A DNA stretch of 64,000 nt from Phoronis australis (Eukaryota; Animalia; Phoronida). Of this stretch, positions 38,156 through 50,241 are shown piece by piece. The position numbers were made by a program, and so were the translations under genes. The stretch is taken from positions 161,335-225,334 of the forward strand of contig NMRA01000162.1 of assembly GCA_002633005.1 (NCBI GenBank), written 5' to 3'. Numbering within the stretch: the stretch's first letter is position 1; each line of letters begins with the position of its first letter. Below the pieces are notes generated by a model. That model saw nothing but the letters and a program-made list of their open reading frames with translations. It was not told where the DNA came from and made no database searches.

Positions 38156-38425
38156 GTAAGGAAGTGTGAATGGTGTAGATAAAGGTTTTGAAATTTTGTC
38201 TTGTGATGATGATGATAATTGTATTTATTCTCCAGGGGAGCAGAGATCAGGACCGGTTTAGACAAACGTGGTTACTGGTCAATAACTTATGACAGTAGTG
38301 AATCACAGGGGACCCGAATTTTGAGAACCAGTTTGGTACCTGTTGTTTAATTTAGGAATCTGGTTCTCAAAATGTGGACCTTATAAGTGACTATTACTCT
38401 CAATTACATTCAGTTTTTGGCCATG

Positions 38426-38562
38426 ATAATAGAATCAAAAAACGGACAATTGCTGCATAAATGAAAAAGACCATCCTGATGATGTCTAATGAATAGATGA
38501 AACATCGAATTGATATGAACTTTTTCACTTGTGCAGCGATTGTCCGTTTTTTTACTCTATTA
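38426..38562. mobile_element. Palindromic MITE-like element
   Basis: Inverted arms of about 40 bp: ATAATAGAATCAAAAAACGGACAATTGCTGCA / TGCAGCGATTGTCCGTTTTTTACTCTATTAT. Confidence 0.7.
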
Positions 38563-38687
38563 TATTACGCACAAATCCATGGGTCAGTTCAGAAGACCAC
38601 TATGTTATGTTAGTTTGCTCAATGTTTGTTTAATTTGATTTTTAGGTATCATCTTTCACCGCTGCTATCCCCGTGCATTACTCTATG

Positions 38688-38741
38688 AATGATTGGTCCA
38701 ATGATTGGTCCAATGATTGGTCCAATGATTGGTCCAATGAT
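38688..38741. repeat. 12-bp perfect tandem repeat, 4.5 copies
   Basis: AATGATTGGTCC units. Confidence 0.95.
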
Positions 38742-39119
38742 AACAGTGTGAATCCACAGCAGACATCTGTATTTTCCCCAACTTCATTGCTGACTCAGAA
38801 ATTGTTGATTTGGTCTCAGTCGTTTGTTTTGATCAACTGTTGCACATTGCTATTGTATGAGAATCTGAGTGCAATGCATAATGTGATTTGGACAAATTAT
38901 TAAGTTATAAACCAGTATTTAGTAGTCAGTAAATCGCAATATTGATTGTTTCAATGGTAACATCTTTTTAAATTTTGTTTCGCCATTTTTTTTGAAACGC
39001 TAACCTTGGTTGTTGGTTTATGATTAGTTGTTTCCACAGTTGTGGTTATTATCTATGTGGATTACTTTTTGCTTATGTTTTGTTGAGATACTGTGAATGA
39101 AATTATATCAATTACTTAA

Positions 39120-39478
39120 AAGTATACCAGACCCTGTTTTGGCCTATTAACAAATACTAAAAATGACTTTTCCCATCCAGTTCTCAGCCGCAAAATGATG
39201 CTCTGTTACTCTCGACAACCTCAAAAGCTTGGAGGAAAATTCGAAACTCCTTTCAAAATCTTCTAAACGGGCAAGCGTAATCTACGCTTTTAGCGAATTA
39301 CATGGCAACTGCGGGAAAAGTCCACACACCAAGGACCGTAATGTCCAATCTGTGACATAGGCAGTACAAGTTTTTAGTTGGCTCCTTCCTTTAACTTAGA
39401 AGATTGAGGCCAACGATGCATTAGCAGGTGACAGAACAAGGATTGGTTGACAAAATCAACACAGGGTTTAGTATCCCT
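39120..39478. mobile_element. TTAA-flanked MITE (Kolobok-like termini)
   Basis: TTAA|AAGTATACCAGACCCTGT ... ACAGGGTTTAGTATCCCT|TTAA. Confidence 0.7.
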
Positions 39479-39545
39479 TTAAGAATTGTAGACTTGTGAA
39501 CTTTGCCGTCACTGACAATTGATAATGTGGAGGCCTGTGTTTCAG

Positions 39546-39629
39546 GGTTGCGTGGCCAGTGTGAAAATATGGTTACAAGATAAACTCATCATTTTAGGAG
39601 TGGTTGCTATAGCGATCGCCCTAGTACAG
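39546..39629 (+). CDS. Tetraspanin, coding exon 6
   Basis: cag|GCVASVKIWLQDKLIILGVVAIAIALVQ|gtttgt; GC motif and start of TM4. Confidence 0.93.
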
Positions 39630-40966
39630 GTTTGTTGTAGTTTGATTTAATGGTATTGTGCATATGCTCGACAAATTCCATCGTCAGTTTGTGTTGCCAT
39701 GCTGTAGTCACGATTAGTGAATAGAACTCACTTGTTTCAACTGCAAAATGCTCGTTTCTGATGTTGCTCTTATATTTTTCCCAAGTGTGTTTTTACCTCG
39801 TTTTTAATCCATTTGCTTTAATTGGGATTTTTAATGCATAGTTATTAATGAGATGGAACATCTAATTGAATGAATTTAGAGTAACTAAAAATTAGTGGAG
39901 TGAATTGACTTGTCCACGTTAGAGCTGTTTTTATAAAATTTGTGTGAGAGGGGAAGGCACCCTTATTTTTGTTTTATTCCTAACCCACCACCCAGAATTT
40001 TTAATTACCGTAATCCATAATTTTCATTCTGTTAGGTAAATAAATTATTTTGTCTTTGCGTATTAAGTTCTACTAGTCTTGCCAACCAAAACTTAAACAT
40101 TTAGATGCACGAAAACAGTCAAATGCTGTTTATTTCGTCAGTTATGTGACAGTTTTACGATGTTCCAATACTGTAACAATAGATATGTATAGGAGTTAGT
40201 ATGATGTTTCCAGTAACGATACAGGTTGATCTGGAACTACTGAAACTCAAAAAGTATCATCTTCACAAAACAGTTCACGGTCCCCTATTCACAAACTGGC
40301 AAACATTTCGAAGGTGTTTAAGGTGTTTGAGATAAGAACTCTAGTTGGGCCATTTTGAGCACAATCCAAGTCAACCTGTTGTGTGGCAACACCTCATGTT
40401 CGGGCTTTTACATCCCTGTTCGGTCCCCAGTCCCCAAACACCATCCGGACATAAAATACACTAGTATATTCTTGTGGCTTGTGCTATTGAAATACTCTTC
40501 AGTATAGAACAGTCAGAAATAGTTATCTGTTGCGTAATGGATTTTTGCACAGCATGAAAATTTGGTTTGTGCGTGTCTCCTTTTTGCATGCTTGAGGCGA
40601 TAATTCACAATTAATGACAAAAATTATTCTGGATATCTTGTTGAGTAATTTCAGTTATGCGAGCAATACTCAGGGAAGCGTGACCACTAATAATTCTTAC
40701 AATCTCAACCAAATTTGGCAAAAATTCCAAAATTGTTACCTAGCATTCTTGAAAAAGTACTCAATAAAAAGTTCTCCTGAAGTTAGTACAGTTTGGAGTA
40801 GAAGTTTTTGAGCAATTCATGGATCCAAGTAAAGTTCAGTGGTCACGGACCATGATGTGCGAGTATTTGTGGTTTGGTTTGCAATATGTCTCATGGTAGT
40901 GTTTGTATGTGGCCCACTGTCCTGTGCATGTGGTACGCAAACTAAGCAGCGGTATGTGTCTTTTAG

Positions 40967-41035
40967 ATCCTTGGTATGGCTGCGGCTATGTCCCTGTTCA
41001 TGTGTTTGAGAAGAGAGAAGATGGCGATCGCATAA
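40967..41035 (+). CDS. Tetraspanin, last coding exon
   Basis: ttag|ILGMAAAMSLFMCLRREKMAIA*; total 242 aa with a six-cysteine extracellular loop. Confidence 0.9.
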   Translation: MLGMAAAMSLFMCLRREKMAIA

Positions 41036-41846
41036 AGATGGCTACCAACTTTCACGCTACCACAGCAAGAAAGTTAGTAGTGCCACAAAGTACAACAAAC
41101 TGAGTTACGCACTTAGATCTGTGGATTATGTACCAGTACTTGTTTTTAAACTGCCTTTATAAACAGTATTACGCTATAAGAATACGTGATTTCTTGAGAC
41201 AGTTGAGAGATTGTAAGCACCTCCAATCTGCTCAAGACGACACCTGTTGGGAAAAAATTACTACTGTGCCATGTTATTGTAAAACACTTTATTGCTGTAT
41301 GTGAGGGACACATCGTTGTGCTGCAATGTTGTGTTCAAAGGTACTGTAAGTTGTATGTGGCTGGGGTTGATAAAAAGAAAGCTGATAAGTGTTTGCTATG
41401 AAATAGCTGCTGACAGATGAGTCTTCGGGATCCAATGGCCGAGTCTGCTTAAAATTGATGTTTAAATTGGGAACCATGTTTGTGTGAGATGATGACATTT
41501 TCTGTAATTATGTTGCTGTGTGACCATGTCCTTGCAGTATTTGTTGAGTGGGGAATTGTGTGTTGGTATGACTTTAAAAATCTTCATTTTTAAGAGAACC
41601 TATTCTTATGGATTTGTATGTCGACTTCACACACACATAAATGCTATAAAGTGAGAAAATGAATGAGTTTATTTATCATGACTCAGCAGGTTGTTTTACT
41701 AAATGTGAATCAGTTTATGAATACTTTTAAAGAGTACATTCAAACTACAATGCACTCCGTATCATTTAGTTTCAAACAGTGTTACTTATTCTACCAACTG
41801 TGTTTTGGAATGAATCAAAAGCTAAAAATATTCCTCCCAATGCATC

Positions 41847-41952
41847 GCATTGTGGGGGTTCCAGAGGATGTCTGCCAATAGTTGGCATTGTGGGTATTTC
41901 AGAAGATTGTCTGCCAATAGATGGCATTTGGGGGTTCCAGAGGATTTTCTGC
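41847..41952. repeat. Tandem repeat, unit about 39 bp, 2.7 copies, in the tetraspanin 3' UTR
   Basis: GCATTGTGGGGGTTCCAGAGGATGTCTGCCAATAG-like units. Confidence 0.8.
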
Positions 41953-42100
41953 TTTCTGGTGTCATATGAGTTCCCCTCCCCCCATGAACACTAAATCACT
42001 TTAAGTTTGTTGCATTTTGCAATTAAATATTTTGTCTTCTCTTTAGGTGTTGCAGGCTATGATTACAACATACTTCCTCACAGCAAAATCTGTTGCTGAA

Positions 42101-42106
42101 AATAAA
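42101..42106 (+). terminator. Putative poly(A) signal of the tetraspanin
   Basis: AATAAA about 1.07 kb after the stop codon. Confidence 0.45.
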
Positions 42107-42333
42107 GTGCACAATCCATAATTAATCTTCTAACATTACTTATAGATGTTTATAAATCGGTAAATAAAAAAACAAGAATGGATCAACTGAAATTTGAAAT
42201 TTTCGGAGGTAACAACTTCCTTTATCAACAAAAACAGAAATAAAGTAAAATCAAACACGAAATGACAATTGACACATAAGATATGGTGTAATGAAAATGA
42301 TACATTTTTGCGTAAAAAATTCAATGACATATT

Positions 42334-42609
42334 TTAAGTTTTTATGTTCAATCCATGAGGTTCTATTGTATTCAGTTTGTCTATCCAATATTGTTCTCTT
42401 TTAAGTCTGTGAGGGGTACTGGGGTGTTGGAGTTTTTCTATTATTTGTACAGAAAGATCTTGAATATTATGGTTTTTGGAATTGAAATGATTACCTACAG
42501 TATCAGAAATGTTTTTATGTATTATGTTAAATCTATGATTACGAAACCGAGTTTGTAGATTATGTTGAGTTTGTCCTACGTATTGGATAGAACATTTTTT
42601 ACAAGTTAT
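42334..42609 (-). CDS. C-terminal GIY-YIG endonuclease domain of a Penelope-like element (partial, runs into the gap)
   Basis: Open frame ITCKKCSIQYVGQTQHNLQTRFRNHRFNIIHKNISDTVGNHFNSKNHNIQDLSVQIIEKLQHPSTPHRLKREQYWIDKLNTIEPHGLNIKT*; shows CxxC-YVGxT, RxxxH, RE..WI..L.T..P.GLN. Confidence 0.9.
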   Translation of the reverse strand: MTCKKCSIQYVGQTQHNLQTRFRNHRFNIIHKNISDTVGNHFNSKNHNIQDLSVQIIEKLQHPSTPHRLKREQYWIDKLNTIEPHGLNIKT

Positions 42610-42869
42610 NNNNNNNNNNNNNNNNNNNNNNNNNNNNNNNNNNNNNNNNNNNNNNNNNNNNNNNNNNNNNNNNNNNNNNNNNNNNNNNNNNNNNNNNNNN
42701 NNNNNNNNNNNNNNNNNNNNNNNNNNNNNNNNNNNNNNNNNNNNNNNNNNNNNNNNNNNNNNNNNNNNNNNNNNNNNNNNNNNNNNNNNNNNNNNNNNNN
42801 NNNNNNNNNNNNNNNNNNNNNNNNNNNNNNNNNNNNNNNNNNNNNNNNNNNNNNNNNNNNNNNNNNNNN
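42610..42869. other. Assembly gap (N run)
   Basis: 260 N characters. Confidence 1.
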
Positions 42870-43107
42870 TTTATTTCTGTTTTTGTTGATAAAGGAAGTT
42901 GTTACCTCCGAAAATTTCAAATTTCAGTTGATCCATTCTTGTTTTTTTATTTACCGATTTATATTCTTCATTTCACGAAACAATAGTATCCTTGGGAGGA
43001 TCTGGATCGCCTTATTTAGTTTCAGATATATTTTCTACGTTATAGATGTTTATAAGGCCATGGTTATATTATCATTGTATATACTATATTATTGTGATGA
43101 TAAGTGT

Positions 43108-43232
43108 TATTGCTACTTCTACTTCAACTATTACTGCTGCTGCTGCTACTACTACTATTAGTACTACTATTAGTACTACTACTAAGTACTACTATTACTA
43201 CTGCTACTGCTACTGCTATTACCATTACTATA
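43108..43232. repeat. Compound (TAC/TAT/TGC)n microsatellite
   Basis: Direct reading. Confidence 0.9.
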
Positions 43233-43540
43233 AGTACTCTTACGTAGAACTTAATGCATCTTAGTATCACAACTGTTTCAAGTGGTGCTTCAGTGTCTTT
43301 TGTACTTATAATATTTTTGTATATGGTATTTTTGAAAGAAAAAAGGAGAACTTCTTCAACATTGTTCATTGAAAAGTTGTGTATACAGGGTAAAGGAGGT
43401 TCTTAAATTCATTTCACGATTAGACAGTTGTGTATTTATCTACAATATTGAGTATTCTCAAACATTTTTTAATGTTTGGTCAGCACGCCATCTGTTGGCC
43501 ACACCACGTGACCTATTGAAATTAAGTCTGAAAAGGTTTT

Positions 43541-43618
43541 TGCCTCAACAAGGACTTGAACCCTGGACCTTCTGCTAACCGTGGAGATGCTCTAGTTCAT
43601 TGAGCCATCGGGACCACC
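43541..43618 (-). mobile_element. tRNA-derived SINE head or tRNA pseudogene
   Basis: Minus strand has A-box-like TGGCTCAATGAACTAGAGC and B-box-like GGTTCAAGTCC at tRNA spacing; no proper acceptor stem. Confidence 0.6.
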
Positions 43619-46600
43619 TGTGGAATACAAACGTCCAATCAGATTTAGTAATGGACATTTCCCTTTGAACTCCTGAGTGTATGATAAATAATAATGTAAA
43701 TCTTAAACCAGAGTGGAAATGTAGTTTGCAAACGTTTTTAAGTCTGGTCAGTACACCACCTGTTGCCCACATCATATTTACATATTTATATAAGTATTGA
43801 GTAATGTACTAGGAAACTTCAGTTAGCATAAATACCTGGCTTGCCTTCTTGGCTAATGCACACATTCATGGTTTGAATTTGTCATAATTCTGATTTTACA
43901 TAATGTAACTTTTAGGTATGAAAATACTTTTTCCAGTGTTGGACTGTATATGACTTGAGTCTATGTAGCGTGTGTAAGTCAAATATTTAGCAAACTATAT
44001 AGTTCAACTCTTAAATAAGAGTCATATATTTTTTTCTTAAAGGAGAAAGCCTGTAGACTTTGATTTTTGATTTGACTAATCATGAATTGATTCATGTGAC
44101 AATGTATTTTAGTGAAAAATTTCAATAGTTAAATTGATTAAAAGTGGCTCCAATAATGTGGCCAAATTTAATTTGACATAGATGATCAAAAACTCTGGTG
44201 TAGTTTTCTGAAATATAACTTAGTTTTTGTTCCATGGTACTTGATTTTTTTCACAAAAAGCATGGAAGTCCCATTTTTGATAGCCCTGGTGCAAAAGTGG
44301 ATTATTTTAAAAGCAATTCTTAGGATCATTATGGAAAACAGTATATGAAGAATTACAGTGGAAGTTTGGTGTGCTGGAATCCATCAGACATTTCTGAGAT
44401 GTTATATTATGAAATTACCCCAAGCTGGAAAATTTTGTATGGTCCGTCATTACCTTAAAGTTTTCTGTTCAGATAATATACATGGACTGTTTTGCACTAC
44501 TTATACAAATAAACGTTTTACTTTAGCGAATTTCATTACTTGTGTTTCATGGTTTGTCCCTCTGGTGCCAGCCTTGTTGTTTCAGCTCAGGCCCCTCTGC
44601 AGTTTGGTTCTGACTGGATGCTAATTTTCCTAACAGCCAAGTGAAATTGAAGGGATAAGTGTGTTTTACTCCATGAATGTCACAAATTTGAAGGTGTTGA
44701 ACCTTAATTTTGAATTGGTGATAGTTACTTAAAGGGGTCTTGGATTTTGAAAACCACTGTTTGCCGTTAGTTCAGTGGAGGAAAATGTTTCTCAAAACGT
44801 GGGACCTTTCCGGAAGTCATTATTACCTTTGAAGTAAGTGGTTTTCGGTTTATTCGAGTGTGGGATACCATTTGGGATTTGTTCCTGTAAATTTGGTTGA
44901 GCTGGAAAACTTCTTGTTTGTGAATTGGCAACAACTTGATTTCTATGGTCTCGGGGCAAGACGTTTTACAGTAACCGTCGTACTGTCTCGATTCTGCCGC
45001 AAAATCGAATGTAATCCAACCGTTGACTAAAACTCCTGTTACGTAGACTGGCAGCTGTGATACTCAAACTCATCCGCGCAAGTGACTACAATTGACACTG
45101 CACTGCCGCGATACTTGTGCTGGCACAGTACTTTAATGTGACTTCCAAGTCTAATGCAGACGGAACTTCATGACAGCCTTTGGAAATGAGATATACATGT
45201 AAAAGAGGAAACAGTATGCAACGAAATTATTTTAGGCATAACTGCTTTTGGGAATGGACAACGTAGAATGTCGACAAAAATAAAATTGAATTTTAATGGC
45301 TTAGTTCCGCCTTTTTAGTGAGACCATCCAACTATTGAGCGTTTGCACTTGGGCACCATCGGAATATCGCACTTTCATACTCTAGTGAGCTGTTCCCTAT
45401 CAGCCTTATCTTCGTTTTGACTATGAACTTTCCTGGATGGATAAAGACTTACAAGACGTTGTGTTTTTCCTTTTCTTCATGGGCGCTTTGAGAACCATGA
45501 AAACGAAGGCAAACCAGCCAAATTCACGTTCGTTGATTTTTCAAAATACCGAGGGAGAGAAACTAATGCAAATTTGTCACTGTGGTTTGCACTCTAAAAT
45601 ATCACACGTGCACTTCATACCAGACAAATCGCCACCCTTACAAACCAACTCTTGTTAGTTCAATATGAAACCGACCCTGTCGCAACAAATTGGTCAGACT
45701 GAGTACGAAAACAGGCCAATAGGAAAACGCCTAGGGAAACCGATTATGAAGCCAGTCAGCCGTATTTTCGGAAAGGAAGCGGGCATATTTTCCGAAACAA
45801 TCAAACATTTTATGTGTTTTTTAAAACATAGTGAATTTTTAAAGAAACACGTTCTTTTTAATGTATGTAATTGTATCTCACTGGTAAGAATTTTATTTTT
45901 CCATACTTATTTCTCATTAGGCAAACACAGTTTGTTAGAATTGTCCTTCATAATCTTAGTTACCAGCAAAATCAACAAATATCTCGATAAATGATAGTCA
46001 TTTGAGGGAAATCGCGAGACCCAAAATATAATGTCTCGCCAAAATAAATCTTTACACTTAACGTTTTTTATCATAAAATACGCTGTACATCCTTGTATGT
46101 TTCGAAACTACGATCTCTGCTGTGCACACATATTGAATGTAAATTGCACGAGGACAAGCAAAATAAATGAAAGTGCAGCTGAAAAGTTTATTTTAAGTGT
46201 GCTTAAGCTGAAAGTACGCTGAGTACTCTGTAACGGATATACTTTTAGTGTAATGAGACACTTCTCTTTTGCGGCCTATCTAGACTGAAAACAGGTTACA
46301 CGCCCATCTATGCATGTCCAGATCAAAACTGACCAGTACAAGTAGGCAGATTGTTCGAGATTTCGATTCAATAAAAAGACTGCCAAAATTGTTCATTGTT
46401 AGAGGCATGCCGACGCAATCTCGTCGTTATATAGCGTAGTAGCCAGCACACTAACTCGGGGCAGCTGGATCTAGGCTACATCCGATCGCGTCAAAATTCC
46501 GAAATTTCGATTAAAACATATTCATTAAAGACCCGGATTTAACAATCGTGTTTACTTATTGTCCACACAGCATGAGCCGAGAATATTCTGTTCAAATCAT

Positions 46601-48406
46601 CGATAATAGCGAGGCCAGATTAATTCCCAAAGTCCCTAATATTTGCCTCATTGCTATTTCGCATTATTACATTATTTCATCCTAACAGAAGATGGAATCT
46701 AAACTCCTTGCGATGAAACAAACTACACGTAATTGCCCGACCGAGGCAAAGAAAACGTTGAAGTCAGATCATTAGAGTTAATAAGTTGTTTCAGGTCATC
46801 CATCTTTGGGTTGTATTAGTGCCGGGGTAGGAATTAACCTTTCATTAACAAAGCAGTTTAAAAAATAAAACGTCTTACAAAAAATGTTTAACATACCTAA
46901 TCAAAATTGATGGCATTGTCCAAGATCTCGATGGTATTTGGTGAACCCTTTTCTACTGTGGTACGGAAAAGCGTTTGATACTGCGTTCACACGTTGTCCG
47001 ATAAGCAGGCAGGTCGCGTGTTTGATTCGTTTTCTGCCAACACTTGAAAAATCACATGTGAACGCCTGTCTAACGTCTGACCTGACCAGGCGCCAGATTG
47101 GTCTTGTTGTCCTGAGAACCTTACCGTTGAACGTCCCAAGATATAGTTGATTGTAGTTTCATAAACTGCATACTAATTTTAAACCACCCACTCGAAATAA
47201 ATTGACATGTACAAACCGGCCACCCAGTTTCTCAAAGACCGTTCTCATTAAATGCGTTGGCAATTGCATGGCCCTTCTGCATGTGTCAACCCCAACCCCA
47301 ACTTTCAATTAGCGTCGGCTATGATCTAAAAAACTCACATTTTAACAGCTGCACAGCTCTAAATAATGACTAAAAACAGGTAATACATTAAAAAATAATA
47401 TCAACTCTAAAACAGACCTACAATTTGTCTAGGTGGGACACCGGGGCCAGGGTTACGTGACTATTTTTACACCGGTAGTTAACGAGGATACACAGGGGCC
47501 TACCCATTTAGAGAGTGGACTCAAAAAGTACCCATTTGTAAAAAAACTTCCCTGAAAGGGTTCCGTTTTGGTGGCATTTTTGTTTTAGAAGCACAACCCC
47601 TTGCCAGGGTTTAATGAAGGTAACTATTCCTTCCGGCTTAGGGTTTTTGACAGTGTATTTTTAATCCATTTAAATATAAGCAGTAACACCAATGAAAATG
47701 GTTAAAAGAGTAGATCTTTTACAACAAATGTTTTAAAAATAGAGATAATATTTTGAGTGGAACCAATATGTGATATTTTGTAAGGAAAAGGAATCATGTT
47801 GAAGTTTGTACTCCTAAATTAAACACTTTGTAAAGCACTCATCATTTTGTGGGGAATTATATTTCTGGCCCTAGTGCTCACATAGGTGAGTGTTACACGA
47901 AAATTAAAAAGTGTAAATCGTTAATGTATTTATTAACCTCGATAGTCGATCTTACAATTGTTTGCGGTAACGGAAACGGAATCCTATCGCAGTATGATAT
48001 TGGACTGAATGGACCTAGGCCTATTATGAGATCGATTTTATGAGATTAAAGGGCTTGGCACGAAAATCGAATTACGCGAATTCGATCGTACTGTAACTTT
48101 AAATGTCAAAGCTGATGTTTCAAATTACACGTGGGTGAAAGTCTGACTTCGTAGTCCTCATGTTTTCACCTTCTTTGCAATCACTTTGTAATAAAGTGGC
48201 GACATAAAGCCAACCCTATTTTTAAGCTACGTTTCAAACGAGTAAGAGATACTCGAGTCATTCATGAGGCATATCTGTGCCCATGAAAGTGTTAGACTCA
48301 TTGGGCTGTAACAAATGACGTAAGGCATAGCTTGAGGTCCGATTTCGCGCGCATATACAGGTGTAGGAAACTCGAGCACTGTGTATTCTGCTGAGTAGGT
48401 ACCTCA

Positions 48407-48635
48407 CACAGGCGGGTTTAGGGNGTCACGAGGGGGGGGGAGGGGCTCGGTCGGAATCGTGTTTCCGTTATTTTTTAGTCCACCGATAGATTTCCTAAAC
48501 AAAAGGTCCACATCCCCGGTCCCCGCCCCCCACAACTTTCGGGCCGCCTGTGCACATACAACCGCACTTTGCCCAATTCCACGTCGAAGCAACATGTTAG
48601 GCCCCCCGTTAAGGTAGCCGCTAGGTCCGCCACTG
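48407..48635 (-). mobile_element. MITE family D, copy 1
   Basis: Termini CACAGGCGGGTTTAG / CTAGGTCCGCCACTG; exact 5-bp TSD CCTCA. Confidence 0.85.
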
Positions 48636-50241
48636 CCTCATCAGTCAGTTGGTATATAGCCAGCCTGCGCCACTGAGCGATCTAATAACTGACTTTAATT
48701 GTATTGTGTATTATTGCATGTAGGCAAATGTCAGAAAAATACATCCCGGGTGGAGTCCAAAATGTTATAACAAGTGCACGGCCTTCGGACACCTTTCCAG
48801 TGGACTATGATTTAACTACAAACGTCCTGGTGACTTAGCAGGCGAAAGTATAGAACGACAACTTTTTAAATTTCGAGTACAAAGATTAGACGCTCGGCCT
48901 TACTCACTGAGATAGGCCCTAGTAGCCTCACTTAGACTTGCCGTGAAATGTACTACTCCCAAGCATCTGAAAACCGTGAGTGGCTAGCCCGGCCGCGCTG
49001 AAGGAACAATGCGCCTTAACACTCAATTTTATGAGGTCTATGGTAGTCATTTATAGGCCGGGGAAATTGTATGCTGACTATATAAGATGACAGCTTAAAA
49101 ATGCCAAATACGGCCTACTGACAACTAAAGTAGCCTACGTGTCGTGCGCGCTCGATTTGGCTCATATATTTGTGTGTAAGAAATGTCTTGTCAACTTAAA
49201 TTACGACGTCAACCTAGAGGACAATGCCCACGGTATAGCACTTGCATCATGGCGAATGAAGCCCCCGGCTACGGATATAGGCTAATCCGCCCGCGCGGCG
49301 GGGAAAATGATTTTTTTTAAAAAATTGTGACGATGACTAGTAATACTCTTGCTAGCTCTTATCACAGGGACGGCACCGAATAGACAAATTGAAAAACATT
49401 TTCCAGTTCCCATATTGACATTGTAGGTCATAAGATAGCATAGTGGTCGTCTTAGTTGGTCGATCCGAAAAAAAATGACTCACCTCGACTGATTTCGTCA
49501 CAGAATTGATTCACTAGACTCAAATTCACTGTATTAGTTAGTTTCAAATTGTTCGTAAGCGAAATAGGTCAGATTTCTTGGCTTGAAAAAAAAAAACTGA
49601 AACTTGAATCGTGCATAGTCAAGACCAAACTCAAAAGTGGCGACGTGCGTCATGAACTTAGCCGCTCTTGCCTAATCTCAACGCAGTACCCCGGCCGCCG
49701 CGTGAAATTGGATACACGAGAAAAGTTGACAAGTTCACTCACACGAAGTAATCTCTTTCACATTGATAAAAATTTGCACTGCACTAAATTACATGTTGAT
49801 GAAATAACCGTAAATTTTCTACCAAACCTCATAGTGTTCAACTATTGGCGATCTTATTCACCAAAGAACTTGATGCGGTGTTAACATGACATATTCCCAC
49901 GATTCTTTGAAAAAGCTTAGGCAAAGAAATGAGAAAATGGATGATCAGAGGCCAAAAACTCTTTATACTGAACAAAAAACTCGCCTGATTACCCAAATGA
50001 ATATTCAATTCTAAGTTCACGCATGCGGATCTAAAGAATTCCAAGCCGTTCACGGTCGGTGGCGCTGGGTTAAGCCAATTAAGTGATGGTCTTGACTTAA
50101 TGACCCAGAGGGCTCAGTATTGCCCCATTGGTTTTAGTCCGGGTAACGATCAAGTTCATCCGTTTTATTGTAGTAAGTGGTTGAAATCAAACTGATTTAA
50201 CTGAACAGTTCTTCACCAGTACCGAACGCAGACGCCACATT

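Larger units (their letters stand above)
42156..43039 (-). mobile_element. Penelope-like retroelement insertion (truncated, inverted pLTR arrangement)
   Basis: GIY-YIG ORF end on the minus strand; 94-bp perfect inverted repeat 42151-42244 / 42870-42963; exact 16-bp direct repeat TTATAGATGTTTATAA at 42140-42155 and 43040-43055; the centre is hidden by the N-gap. Confidence 0.8.

Noticed and set aside
42562-43369. ORFs spanning the N-gap and the trinucleotide tract
   Set aside because: Artefacts of N characters and microsatellite sequence.
43541-43618. Functional tRNA gene
   Set aside because: A and B boxes are present, but the acceptor stem does not pair properly, so a SINE head or pseudogene is more likely.
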